Source of the DNA: Lytechinus pictus
Taxonomy: Eukaryota
Assembly (NCBI RefSeq): GCF_037042905.1
Contig: NC_087245.1
Location: 18,354,001 to 18,418,000, forward strand
Direction: 5' to 3'
Length of the DNA: 64,000 nucleotides
The notes below the pieces were generated by a model. The model did no database searches and was not told the DNA's origin. It was given only the letters and a program-made list of their open reading frames with translations. A program made the position numbers and the translations under genes. Shown piece after piece: positions 25,001-37,000 of this stretch (the stretch's first letter is position 1; every line of letters starts with the position of its first letter).

Positions 25001-27475
25001 TATGTTTGTTCTGGGTTTGTCTTGGTGCAAGACGCAATTCATTTCTATTTACTGAATATTTACTGAATTTGTTCTCCGCTTTTATTAATTGATCAAATCT
25101 TATGTTATTAAGGGAGCTGTCTTGACAAGACCTTTATGGTTTTTTACAGCTATACCTAATTTCAATAATTTTTCTATAACAATATGCATGTACATACTAT
25201 TTAAATTACTTTATTTTATCTTGAAATGCATGTTTTTTATCTAATGTGTTGTTAAATGTTTTTAATATTGGAATTGAATAAAGTTGAACTAAACTGAACC
25301 TGAAAAAAGCAAACTGGGAGCAATTTGCCATAGATCTGGACACATATCTGCAGGATCTCCCTGCACTCCCTACCCATTACGAAGGCTTTGTGAAGTTCCT
25401 GAAGAAATCACCAAGGGAGAATATTCCACGAGGATGCCGCACAAGCTATACTCCGGGCTTGACGGATGAATCTAAGGTGCTGTACAATGAATATGTTAGG
25501 CGCTTTGAGAATGATCCCTTTGGTGCCGATACACTAGAATGTGGGGAAAACTTGACTGCTGCCATCATGGATAGTAGGAAAAGAAATTGGCATGCTTTCA
25601 TTGAATCGACAGATATGACTCACATCAGTAGAAAAGCCTGGAAACAATTCCGATACTCAGCCTAGGCCCCAAGTTACTTCTGACCAAGTGGCCCACCAGC
25701 TTCATGTGAACAGCCAAGGAAACCCTGGTCATCGCCCGCGGAGAGCCAACCTCCTTCAAAGTGCAGGGAAAGCTTCCCACGATCCATCTGAATCCACAAT
25801 GCCTTTCAGCATGTATGACTTGTGCAACGCCGTCAAAGCAATGAAGAACGACAAGGCTGCTGGATTGGATGATGTCCTCTGTTAGCAGATTAAACATCTC
25901 GGACCTGTTACCCTCCAATTGCTGCTTGACATGCTAAACTACTGCATTAGTGAAAATACAATGCCAAAAATATGGAGAAAATCAAGGGTAGTCGCTTTAC
26001 TTAAACCAGGCAAAGTCCCAGCCAGTCCAAAAAGCGACAGACCCATATCTCTGCTCTGTCACACATACAAGCTCTTTGAAAGTCTCCTTCTCAATCGCAT
26101 TGCTCCATTTGTTGATGAGCTTCTTATTCCAGAACAAGTAGGATTTAGGCCAGGAAGGTCTTGTACTAGTCAAATGCTGAATCTGACACAGTGCATCGAA
26201 GATGGTTTTGAGAAAGGGCTGATAACTGAAGCATCCTTTGTTGACCTCTGCAGCCTATGACACGGTAAATCATCGGATACTCACGAGAAAAGTCTTTGAG
26301 ATAACGAAGGACCTTAAGCTGACACAGCTGATGCAGAACATGCTCTCAAACCGACGTTTCTTTGTGAATCTTGGTGGTTTCAGCAGCAGATGGCGGAGGC
26401 AGAAAAATGGTATCCCACAAGGAAGCGTCCTCGTCCCACTCCTCTTCAACATTTACACGAACGACCAACCAATCCACCCAAGTACTAAGAGCTACCTGTA
26501 AGCTGATGACCTTTGTATTGCTTCGCAGAAGCAGTCCTTTGAAGAGGGGGAAAAAGCACTCAGTGATGCACTGGTAGGTCTGACCCCTTACTATATGCAG
26601 CAAATCATCTCCGGGCAAATCCAGAGAGAACCCAACTCAGTGCTTTCCACCTTAAGAACAGAGATGCAGACCGGAGACTGAGGGTTAAATGGTATGGAAA
26701 ATGGTTGGTACACACCAGCAAGCCTATCTACCTCAGTGTCACCCTTGACCGTTCCCTAACATACAGAGAACATGTTGCCAAGACTAAGGCTAAAGTTAGA
26801 GCAAGGAACAGCATCCTGAAGAAGCTTGCCAACACAAAATGGGGGAACAGATGTCAAAAGCATCCGTACAACAGCTCTTGCTCTATGCTACTCAACTGCT
26901 GAGTATGCTGCTCCTGTCTGGTGTAGGTCATCCCATGCTGCAAAGATTGATCCAGCACTGAATGCTGCCTGCAGAGCAATTACTGGCTGCCTGCGACCAA
27001 CAAGAGTAGATGATCTTTATCTACTGTGTTGCATTGCCCCTCCACACATCAGAAGAGAGGTTGCAGCACAGGGGGAAAAAAATAAACAAGAAGATAATCC
27101 TCTTCATCCACTCTACAACTATGAACCCGCCAAAGAGAGACTCAAATCAAGACATAATTTCCTTCACTCGACTGAACCCCTCGATGGCTCTGCTCACAAT
27201 CAAAGGGTCAACTTATGGTCCAACCACCTCCAGTCTGTGACGCACAAGCTTTTATATAGACCTAGCGAGTCACTCCCCCTGGTTCAAGTGAGGAATGGCC
27301 AACCTGGCTATGTCTCAATCGACTACGGTCTGGAACAGGACGGGGCAAAGTCCTTATGCAGAAATGGGGCTACAACATAGATGGGGACACTGCTTGCGAG
27401 TGTGGGGAGGAACAGATGATGCAACACCTTCTGGTCTGCCCCCTCCTACCAGAGCCGTGCACTGCCGAAGATATT
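22030..27475 (+). mobile_element. Degenerate Vingi/Ingi-like single-ORF LINE (APE, RT, C-terminal Cys/His knuckle), interrupted at 22915-25296
   Basis: SIVSSNIEGL..QETHRG; RPISLLCHTYKLFE; GFRPGRSC; GIPQGSVL; RTTALALCYSTAEYAAPVW; CECG..QMMQHLLVC. Confidence 0.8.
22915..25296 (+). mobile_element. 5'-truncated CR1/L2-group LINE inserted into the Vingi-like element
   Basis: RT remnants (YRPISIL, FLDLSKAFDT, KFLGITID, LILPHLSYCNIVW); tail AATAAAGTTGAACTAAACTG; AACCT at both junctions; removing it restores host RRRFNLKKANW. Confidence 0.88.
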
Positions 27476-27736
27476 GTACCCTCCACTGGACAGGGCTTGT
27501 GTAGTGACCCGGCAAGAAGAAGAAGTACTTCTGTTTCTCCGACCATGTATACTTGTAGCTCCATACAACAAAATAACGACAAGCAGGAAGCAAGGCATTC
27601 AGTTCTTATACCTTTACAGAGGAAATCATGCTCATCCTGTTGTAGCAGGTTCCAATAAAAATTTAAGAGTTTCGTTCAGAAACCTCTTGCTGCCAAGCAT
27701 ATTGCATGGCTCATAATCGAGCATGGAGCTCGTGGA

Positions 27737-27908
27737 GGTGCCGTGGCCGAGTGGTCTAAGGCGCCTGGTTATACATGGAAAGTCCGGGGTTCGATACCCG
27801 GCCGCGGCACCTATGCCCGTGAACAAGGCATTTGATATACAATGCTCTTTTATCCTGCTTTCAAATAAATGAAATGCTATATGCATTATTGGTAACTAGG
27901 TGTGCACT
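27737..27908 (+). mobile_element. tRNA-derived SINE
   Basis: A box TGGCCGAGTGG, B box GGTTCGATACC, acceptor-like stem GGTGCCG/CGGCACC, and a ~95-bp body shared with the copy at 30463-30613. Confidence 0.85.
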
Positions 27909-28302
27909 TTTTTTTTTTTTATTACGCTCAACGACTATTGAGGGAGATTGTCAGGCCTTAAAATGTAATCTTCTTTTAAAAACAGTAAAGGTCATAAAAA
28001 ATAAATCTTTTTAACAACAGAAATGATAATTGTCACTACTATTGATACCCGAACAGTGTAGAAAAATTAAGGATACAAATCTAACATAATTATACTGCTG
28101 TAAACATCGTAATTTCTCAGCAAGAAGGCTTAATTACATTTTTAAAGAAAATCCCTACATAATCGATTACAAACGATTACTGACTTTCGCTATACAATGA
28201 TAAACATGGATTAAGAATTATTATACGCTCTTCACCGTTCTGAAAAAATTGTGATAATTAAATAAACCTTTCATTTCGTTACGATATATATATATATACA
28301 TT

Positions 28303-29770
28303 CAGGGGCGGATCGAGCTTCCGCCAATGGGGGAGGGGCAACAATTTTTTTCACCCGTATTTTCCCCGATCGGCCACTTAAAGTTGATCTTTGTTTGTTT
28401 CATTGACGGGGTTGTCCCTGTGGCGTAATGAGCCCCAAAAAAAATGGGGACTCGATATAACGTATTGCGTAAAATTAATAAGAAATTGCGAGCGAGCGAA
28501 GCGAGCAAGCAAAAATATCGACATTTTTATTACAAAAATCCAAGTTTGTGATAGATTTTGACAACATTTGGAAAATAATTTCATATTTTACCCTTATCCC
28601 TTTATTTTTTTTCTTTTTTTGTTGGTCGTGAAAATTTGGAGGGGGGGCAAAACGCCTATGTCCTTACAGTCATTTCTTGAGATTTTTTGGAATTTCATTT
28701 ATTTGTCCTGAAAATTAAAAAAGATGTGAACATGAACAAGATGCGCATGCAATGATTACTGCGAGCGCGAAGCGCGAGCAGAAATTTTCAATATGCGTTC
28801 TGGCCTGATCGAAAAGGGAGCTGTAAGGACGTTTTGCAGTAAGCCATTAAGACGATACATATTTTGACGATTAAATAATGCGAGCGCTAAGCGCGAGCTC
28901 AAAATTTTGACAGTCCGACCTAAAAAAAATGAAAATTCTTAGCACTTTTTGTTATCATTAACGGTATAGGTATATAACCAAACAATTGATGCGAGCACGA
29001 AGCGCGAGCTGAACAAATGAGATTTCAGACCTAAAAACGGGACACTCTATTCATGTTTTATAAGTCATGAAAAAGGATGGGTAATTTGGTATCTTCCTTC
29101 ATTAAAAATGCGAGCGCAAAGCGCGAGCAGAACATTTTTGATAAGACCAAGCTGCGTATCTCAATAAACATGCGTGCGCGTGTTTTAGAGTTAGACAGAA
29201 TCTGAGCAATACATTTAATTTTTCATCATGAAAATCAATGAGAGCGCGAAGCGCAAGCTGAAAATATTAGATATTCCGGTATGAAAAGGGTCAATTTAAG
29301 CACTATGTAGGGAAATTGTGAAGTGGATGTGGATAGTGCTTATAATAAGTGATGCGAGCGCGAAGCGCGAGCTGATATTTTTAATATTATTTTGACCTAG
29401 GACGGGGAAATTCTAGGCCTATATAAGGACATTTTGTCATCATATGAAAATGATGACTATCTTCCAATTCCTTTCCCTAAAAGAACGATATGAAACTTGT
29501 CGATATTGCTTTCTGAAAAAGGGACAATTTATTATTAGGAATTCCTAAAAATTATATTATCATATTTATTAATCTAATAAGCCTAGTGAGTCCGTGAAAT
29601 TTGTTGACATTGAGGCCTGAAAACTTGATATTTTAAGCACTTTTGTAATTATGAAAAGGATTCATGGTTTGATATATGTTTTACAATTAATGCAAGCGCA
29701 AGTCGCGAGCCAAATTTTTTGATAAACTGTCATAAAAGGTGGATTTTAAGTAGTTTGAAGAAGAGTTCAT
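28303..29770. repeat. Inverted-orientation member of the GCGAAGC-motif repeat family
   Basis: GCGAGCGCGAAGCGCGAGC variants at ~28488, 28761, 28880, 28991, 29110, 29260, 29354 and 29692. Confidence 0.7.
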
Positions 29771-30200
29771 GCACGTTTACATCGACATTAACATGGAATC
29801 GAACACACCTCTGCACAAGCAAACACATAACAAACAAACAAACATGCATGGGTATTTCAAACCACGACTCAAATCATGTTATCTCACAGATCTCCATGTT
29901 AATGTTGATGTTAAGGTGCATGAAAAAAAAAAGAAACCGCTGAGAAACTCACTTATCAACACAAAAGAAAAGAACAGTGAATTTCAATATTGTGTCATTT
30001 TGCAACTTTTGAATTTTGACCTTGCCCTACATGTCAAGGCACTGCACCTCCATGTGAACCATAAGTATATCATGTAGGGTATCATTTTAAAGAAGATTAA
30101 ATGATCTATTTATTAGTATCAATCATACATTAATATTCACTTAAACCGAGGAGGGATTATCGATCAAATTCAGATTTCCAAACTTTTTTGAGGGGTTTAT
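29770..30200. mobile_element. Partial copy of the TA-flanked MITE family
   Basis: Matches 4935-5300 in reverse; TIR ends in (TA)n. Confidence 0.75.
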
Positions 30201-30234
30201 ATATATTTATATATATATTATATGCATGCCTTGG

Positions 30235-30381
30235 TCAGCTCGGTCTGCAACCTCAGTTTCACGCGTTCGGCAATCTTCAGGTAGACTCATGATTTGACGC
30301 AGACTCAAGTTGTCAAATCATCAGTCTCACTGTAGATTAGATCACCGAAAACGTGAAACCGACGGTTGCAGACCGAGCTGA
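30235..30381. repeat. ~147-bp palindrome with hammerhead-like arms (Penelope-like remnant)
   Basis: Arms 30235-30298 and 30312-30381; minus strand reads GTCTAC-CTGAAGA-TTGCCGAACGCGT-GAAAC-TGAG-GTT-GCAGAC. Confidence 0.6.
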
Positions 30382-30462
30382 ACACAATCCAAAAATACAC
30401 ACTTTTAATCCGGCACAAGAATTGCGTCTTTGATGATCGCTTCATGTCTACGATCATTGTGA

Positions 30463-30613
30463 GTTGCAGTGGCCGAGTGGTCTAAGGCGCCTGGCTATAC
30501 ATGGAAAGTCCGGGGTTCGATCCCCGAACAAGGCATTTAATATATAATGCTCTTTTATTCTGCTTTCAAATAAATGGAAATGCTATTTGCATTATTGGTA
30601 ACTAGGTGTGCAC
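30463..30613 (+). mobile_element. tRNA-derived SINE, second copy with an internal deletion
   Basis: Near-identical to 27737-27908 but lacks ~20 bp after the B box. Confidence 0.85.
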
Positions 30614-30790
30614 TTGTTTGTTTAAAAAAAACAAAAAAACATTGTAGATAGTGCTGCCAAGTTACTTAGCACTTGAACTTTCAATCCTTGTGTAAGGGGA
30701 CAATTAACCTTCTAATAGAGGTATGTCCAGATTCCATGTAACCCTGCAACCCATTAAATTAATTTTCTCTTTATTCTACTGAATATACAG

Positions 30791-31009
30791 ATGACCCGCC
30801 ATGTCTATCTTCGAGTATGACTGTCTACATCGATCCTTCTATGCCGCCAATTGTAGACTACGTATTCACGTTGTTGGGAAACGATAGCATCTTGTCTGCC
30901 GATCCGCCTACAAATTCAACATTCAGCGAGAATACAACAGTAAATGTTGACTATTTTAGTGGTCACGACGGAATAAACATGAATTGTACTTTTGATATAA
31001 TTATAATTG
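30791..31009 (+). CDS. Exon: divergent HYR domain 1
   Basis: ag|..|gtaagt, phase 1-1, [24 protein letters not shown]. Confidence 0.8.
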
Positions 31010-34000
31010 GTAAGTATCACGCTCCCTCCGCGCCTACGCATAAACAAAGGAAAGTCCTGTAGGGCCTATAATTAAATAGGACTTTCCTTTGTTTATCAAA
31101 TTTTGATAATCCAAAGCTCTTGTTAGTGGACGCTCCGGAAGCAATGCTAGAGGATGGGTGGGGGGGGGGCAAGCATCTCCGTGGGCTCATGCCCAATTTT
31201 AAGGCAAAATGGGCCGTATAGGGTTCCATATCTTTAAAATAATTTAGAAATTGAGTGAGCGAAGGAAACGAGCTCATCATATGGTAAGATGTATTCAATT
31301 AATAAAATGGAAGTTTTCATGCACAAATTTCGGTGAATTTGATAACATTTTTCTGCAAAATAATGTAGGTATTCACACTAACCTCTTCCCACACCAATGC
31401 TGGATGCAGCCATGCAGTTGCATATCTGCGTAACATTTTCATAGGATAGACCTTAGACATAGACATATTATTATGTAAAACAGCTGGATCGAGCATTGTC
31501 CGACAAAGGGGGTGGGGATATCCACCTTTCCCCCGTGAGGCTGCGCAAGTATAGCGGGTTGGTTAAAGAATGGAGGTGTTGAATCATTTTTTAAACTTTA
31601 TTATTACGTACACGATTAAATACTTGTAGAAATCGATAATCCGAGCGCTTAGCGCGAACTCAGTTTAATTGACATACTGACATAAAAATGGGCCATGTGA
31701 CTTTTCTTGCAAGCATAAATCCTACTATTTTTGTGGGCATAATGACCTGACAAATTTTTTTTTATAATCGCGTTAACTCTGTCAACGGGAATAACTTGTT
31801 AAAAAGTAGATAAAAACAGATTTCGCTGTTCTATTTTTAGTAAATGATAATATTAAACTTTTGTGTTAAATGATAATGATAGCAGACTGAAGTGGAAGAA
31901 ATTCATGTTCTTGTTATTTTTTTTTCATCCCTTTCATAGCTAATTAATTCTTGTATTATAAATAAAAACAATATGCTACAAAATATGATAAGTGACGAAA
32001 TTTGGTATTTTAGTTATTACAGTATCATGAAAAAAAGGTTTATTTAGCGACTTGGAGCAATGTGCGGATAAGTTGGGATTGTAATAGGTGTGAAGAGGGA
32101 CCGTCAATGAGAAGTGGGAATAAACTATTAAAACATGTTAAAATCTCACAATAATATAACAAAAATAATTAGGTCTTGTATAGCGAACCATGTTATCATG
32201 TTATTTCTCTATGCAATTCCAAACGACTTTGGTTATTTTTACTCTGGCATAAGTCCTGTATATAAGTCTTTATACAATGCGCAATTATTTCATTGAATTA
32301 ATTTTTGCTACACTGTAAAAACTCTGTATAAAATGTCATAGCCGGTCAATATAACAATGTTTAAAAAATTAACAATTACTGTTTAAACTTTTAAAACAAC
32401 TTTTAGAAGAAGTTTTAAATAATAGTTGTGAGAGAGACGGGCCTAAATGAAATTTCAAACAGCGTTTACAGTGTAGTAAGGCCTACCTATTTACCTCAAC
32501 TGGGTCAAGTGTAGCAAATATTAATTTTATTCGCTTCTTGCCTAAGGACAATAGTGCTCCGGCGGGGAATTGAACCCATTGCCTAATTGTGATTCAAACT
32601 GTCAAAGTGTGGAGACACCCCTAAGCCACATCGCATCTATAAAATATCTAATATCAATGTTGGATATTATCTCAAAAGCATTAGCTCTATAAAAAATAAG
32701 GCTTGCAACCAATTTTCTTGTAAATATACGCTAAGATCAATACTAAGTTAGACAATATTGAACGAAACTTTTGGGCCGTTTGTAATTCAACATTTTACAT
32801 TATTTTGATGGCTTAAAAAAGGAAATTGCATTTCTCCATATTTGTTATACATTTCCTTGTTACAAAATTTGGTCAGCAAAAAAGAACTTGACAGATAAGA
32901 CTCAACCACTTCATTTGAATAAACATGATATTTATTTTAAATACGTTATCAATAGATGATGACAGAAAAATATTACTTTTCCAGATACACACAAAATGTA
33001 GTCATGTAGGGTGTGAAGTTGCACCAAGTGTCCCAAGTTACCCTAAATGATTTAGAAAGCAAGATATTGTTTGTGTCTACCTCCAGAACATAATTGTAAT
33101 TTGTAGGGGTTTTCATGTGTATCTGTTAACAAATAATGACAAAATGGATAAAAGTGTGTGGTTTCAAACAAAAAATCAACCAAGATTACAATACACTTGC
33201 TTGTGTATTATAACCAACTAAATAGTAAAGACCTGTTGTCAGATTGTGGGATAAGAGCAAATGTATAAAAAGTTGATCGTTTTTGTGTCAGAGATGATGG
33301 TGTACCAGTTGCCTGGCACGAGCTTAAATAGCTGGCTAAGGATAGCCTTTCATTAAATTGACTAAAAGCATTTGTTTTATTCAATAAAATATTATTTCTC
33401 ATTTAATGTAATCAAATGTATTATTTTGTTATCTTGTGAAGTTTAAAAATACATTCAATTCAATTCACTACAACAGAACTTACACCACCTGAATGTCCTG
33501 CGAATATCATAGTAGAGAGTGACCCCGGAGTATCATCAGGTAATGCAACATGGGCATCTGCCACTTCACAACACAGTGATGACTACCCAATCTTGTACTC
33601 TCCAGAGAATGGCACTTCGTTCTCTCTCGGAGACCATATCGTCACTGCATATCTCACAGATTACCCAAACATCAACTGTTCATTCACTGTAACTGTAGTT
33701 GGTAAGTTATTGAGAATATTTCTTATAGTTTAAATAAGGTTTATATTTACAAAGAAACATATTACGTCTGCCTGAATTGAACAATGTCATTTTAAAGTGA
33801 TGCTCCTACTGGCCTTTCAGATATTTAGGTTTCATAATCAAGATAACAAAAAGATGTTTCAAAAATGAAACGCTCGATATGACTTTAAATTCCGTTTACA
33901 AACTCATGGTCATTGAGCACACCAAATTAATAAAGTTTCCTTCCATCATTAGCTGTATTTTATTTTGTTTCATTGTAGAGGATTTGACACCACCAACCTT

Positions 34001-37000
34001 TTCAGACAATCTGACTGTTTTGCCGTTTAACAATTCCGAAACACCAAATTGGATATTAACTGCTAGTGACAACTCAGGATTTGTAACTCTGACATATTCA
34101 CCCAGCCTTGGGTCGTATTTTCCTCTTGGCGAAACGACAGTGACTGTTACAGCCACCGATAATGCGATGCTAACATCTACGGAGACCTTTATAGTCAAAG
34201 TTACTTGTAAGTCCAACTATTAAGGATTTTTACTTAAAGTACCATTTATGCCCCAGTCACATTTTCTCTACAGCGGCCGTACGCCGAGTCGAAAAAAACC
34301 GTTTTGACATTTTTGTATCAGCTACGTATAGGTGGTTTAAATAAGAATGAATAAAACATGTATTTTTACACACCGTACTGCCGCCGTAGAGCCCAGGGGC
34401 CTCGGAACAGTTTTCAAAGTGGGGGGGGGGGCTGAGCCAGAAGTGGGGAGGGGCTGACCATGCAAAAAATCACAATCATTTGGTCATTTTACGTTTTTGC
34501 ATACAGTTTTGGAAAAAAGTGGGGGGTGGGGTTGGAGCCCCCTCCCCCTCTTCCGCGGCCCCTGAATGTGACTGAGGTATTAATTTCCTAATCGCACGCA
34601 GTATGACCTCCGTCAAACATAGCATTGCTAAGGTTTCGCCCAAATATCATTACTATCGGTTACTCTTTTTATTTTGAGCATAACAATAAATTTTGAATAT
34701 CATAATGTGTACTTGTTTCAATCGTGATATAAGTCGAATTTAATGCTAAAATATCCCAACCCAACCCCAGTCTTAATCATTGATCGAAATCTTTCTCTAC
34801 AGTACTCATAAGATCCAAATATATGCAATAACGTTTATAAAGTACATCTGTGGAGAACAAATGTAAATTAAATTTGGGATAATTCAGAGAAATAATATTA
34901 TGATATCCCGGGGGTATAAGAGATCGCTTGAATACTTGATAAATGATTGAAACATAACTCATTCGGGAGCAGTGTCCTTTGTAGCGGGTTGTGTGGAAAA
35001 TCCACCTGAGTGATCAAGTCAATCTCCCATGTCAATCGCCCATCCATCGCTAACACAATGGTCTTGTATGTGTGTGTATTTGAGTTTTGTCTGACGTGTA
35101 TCAATCAGATATGATTATTTACGTCTGGGACCGACCTTTAATGTCACCATCCGAAAGACATGACCAGGGCTCGAACCTCTGCATCAATTTGTAACTTCCC
35201 CACATAGCTTGGATTACAGGCGCACGCCACAACGCCCAGTCTTGGAACATTCTCCTTAGTCTTACCACAGCCCCCCCCCCCCCCCCCCGCTTCTCCACTA
35301 TCATTTATACAATCCTGCAATCTCCATCTGATAAAGACTTTGGTTTATTTGTTTTACTGTTATTCACTATCATTGATGTGATTAGCTGACGGCTCACCTG
35401 AAACAACGGATTGTCCTGGGAATCAGACACACAACGTCGCACCGTCTCAGGTACCTTATGCAGCAACATGGTCTATACCTTCTGTGACAGGACAAGGATC
35501 CATTACAACTACAAGCGACTATGATCCTAATCATTTGTTCAACGAAGGCACCACCAAAGTCATCTACAAGTCCATAGATGATGCTGGCAGGAGCTCCAAA
35601 TGCTTTTTCACCATTAGAATCATAAGTATGTTCTTAAAAAGTTTTTGTTCAAGTCAGTATTCTATTTTTTACGAGAACTTTTTGTAGGGCCAATCGTCCT
35701 ACTCAACACTTAATGAAGTGTTCAGTTTATTCATTTCTAATGTGAAACAAACTTTAGTCTTTACCAATATAATTGTTATTGTTAACTTTAAACAGTTAAA
35801 AAAAATATCATTATCAGTGTTAGTATTAATAACAATGAATTGTAATAATACTAAATTTATATATTGCAAATATATTGCATCTCTATACCAAAATACTAAA
35901 CTGTGCATTGGCATCTTTGTTATCATCATCGTCGTCATCATCATCGTCGTCATCATCATCATCATCATTTTATTGTTTTCATCATTATTCTCATCATTTC
36001 CATTATCGTTCACTTTTGCCCATTTCATGACATTCTACAAATAATGTAAAGATATGGGCATGTGCTGCGATTTCATAAGATTTTTTTGTTTCTCTTAAGG
36101 GGACCAGACAACCGTCTCCCGAGGCTGTCTAACACATTTCGAAAGTCGAGGGGGCACATCCCCTTCCCTTCCGTTCTTAATCCTTCTCAATGCGATTTTG
36201 TTGCTTAAACAGAAGAGCCAGTCGTCTGTAGCATACAAAAATATAGGAAGTACTTTGGTATTAAACAAATGGGTACTTGAATGCAATGCAATTTTGGGTC
36301 ACATCATGGTTTAGGAAAAACATAGATCAGATGGTCTAGTATTTGCTTTAGGGTTCTGATCAGGGTGACCAGACTTCCCGAATTTCAAGGGACAGTCCCG
36401 TATATCATCAATTTGTCCCGCGTCCGGTATCATTCTGTCCAGGACGCCGTTTGTCCCATATTTTACCATTTTGAACACACTCATCGCCAAGACAATAATA
36501 ATGAATTAAAGGCAACAATCAAGCGGAGTACAAGGTTACGTGTGGTTTATTGAGATCGTCGCGGCCAAGAGGCCGATCACAATTAAGTATCGATATCACA
36601 TAATTTACAACCCGATTATTAAACAACAAACACATTGGCGTGACCTATTTTCTTCTCTCCTTCCTAGAATCAAATGCATTGTAAATTATACTTTTCAACT
36701 GTCTCTTAAAATCAACCTATAAAACACTATCATTTCCTAAACGATGATATGTAAAGTAAACAAAAATGAAAAAAATGCTTATTAACATCTTCAAACACGG
36801 GAAATATGCCAGTGGCATCATTTACATATATGTAGGCCTCATTCAACACAATCTTATCACTATTTATAAAGGGCATTGCAAAAACTTAATGGGCAAATGC
36901 ACCGTATAACATCTGAAGCAGTTAAATGCATCCATTATAGTATACATTGTATAATCGTCATTTGTATCAGTCTTATCATCAATCATCGACACATCAAATA

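Noticed and set aside
27737..27811. Possible tRNA gene
   Set aside because: The anticodon arm is irregular, and the 3' body is shared with a second dispersed copy; this fits a SINE head.
31040..31096. 19-bp-arm inverted repeat after the first exon, resembling a terminator
   Set aside because: Intronic eukaryotic context; probably a MITE remnant, with no further support.
33896..34216. Antisense ORFs over HYR exons (also 45436-45648, 50493-50892 and 52172-52561)
   Set aside because: Shadows of the + strand coding exons.
35069..35241. Functional SRP (7SL) RNA gene or human Alu contamination
   Set aside because: Similarity ends after ~45 nt; there is no S domain, Alu continuation or poly-A.
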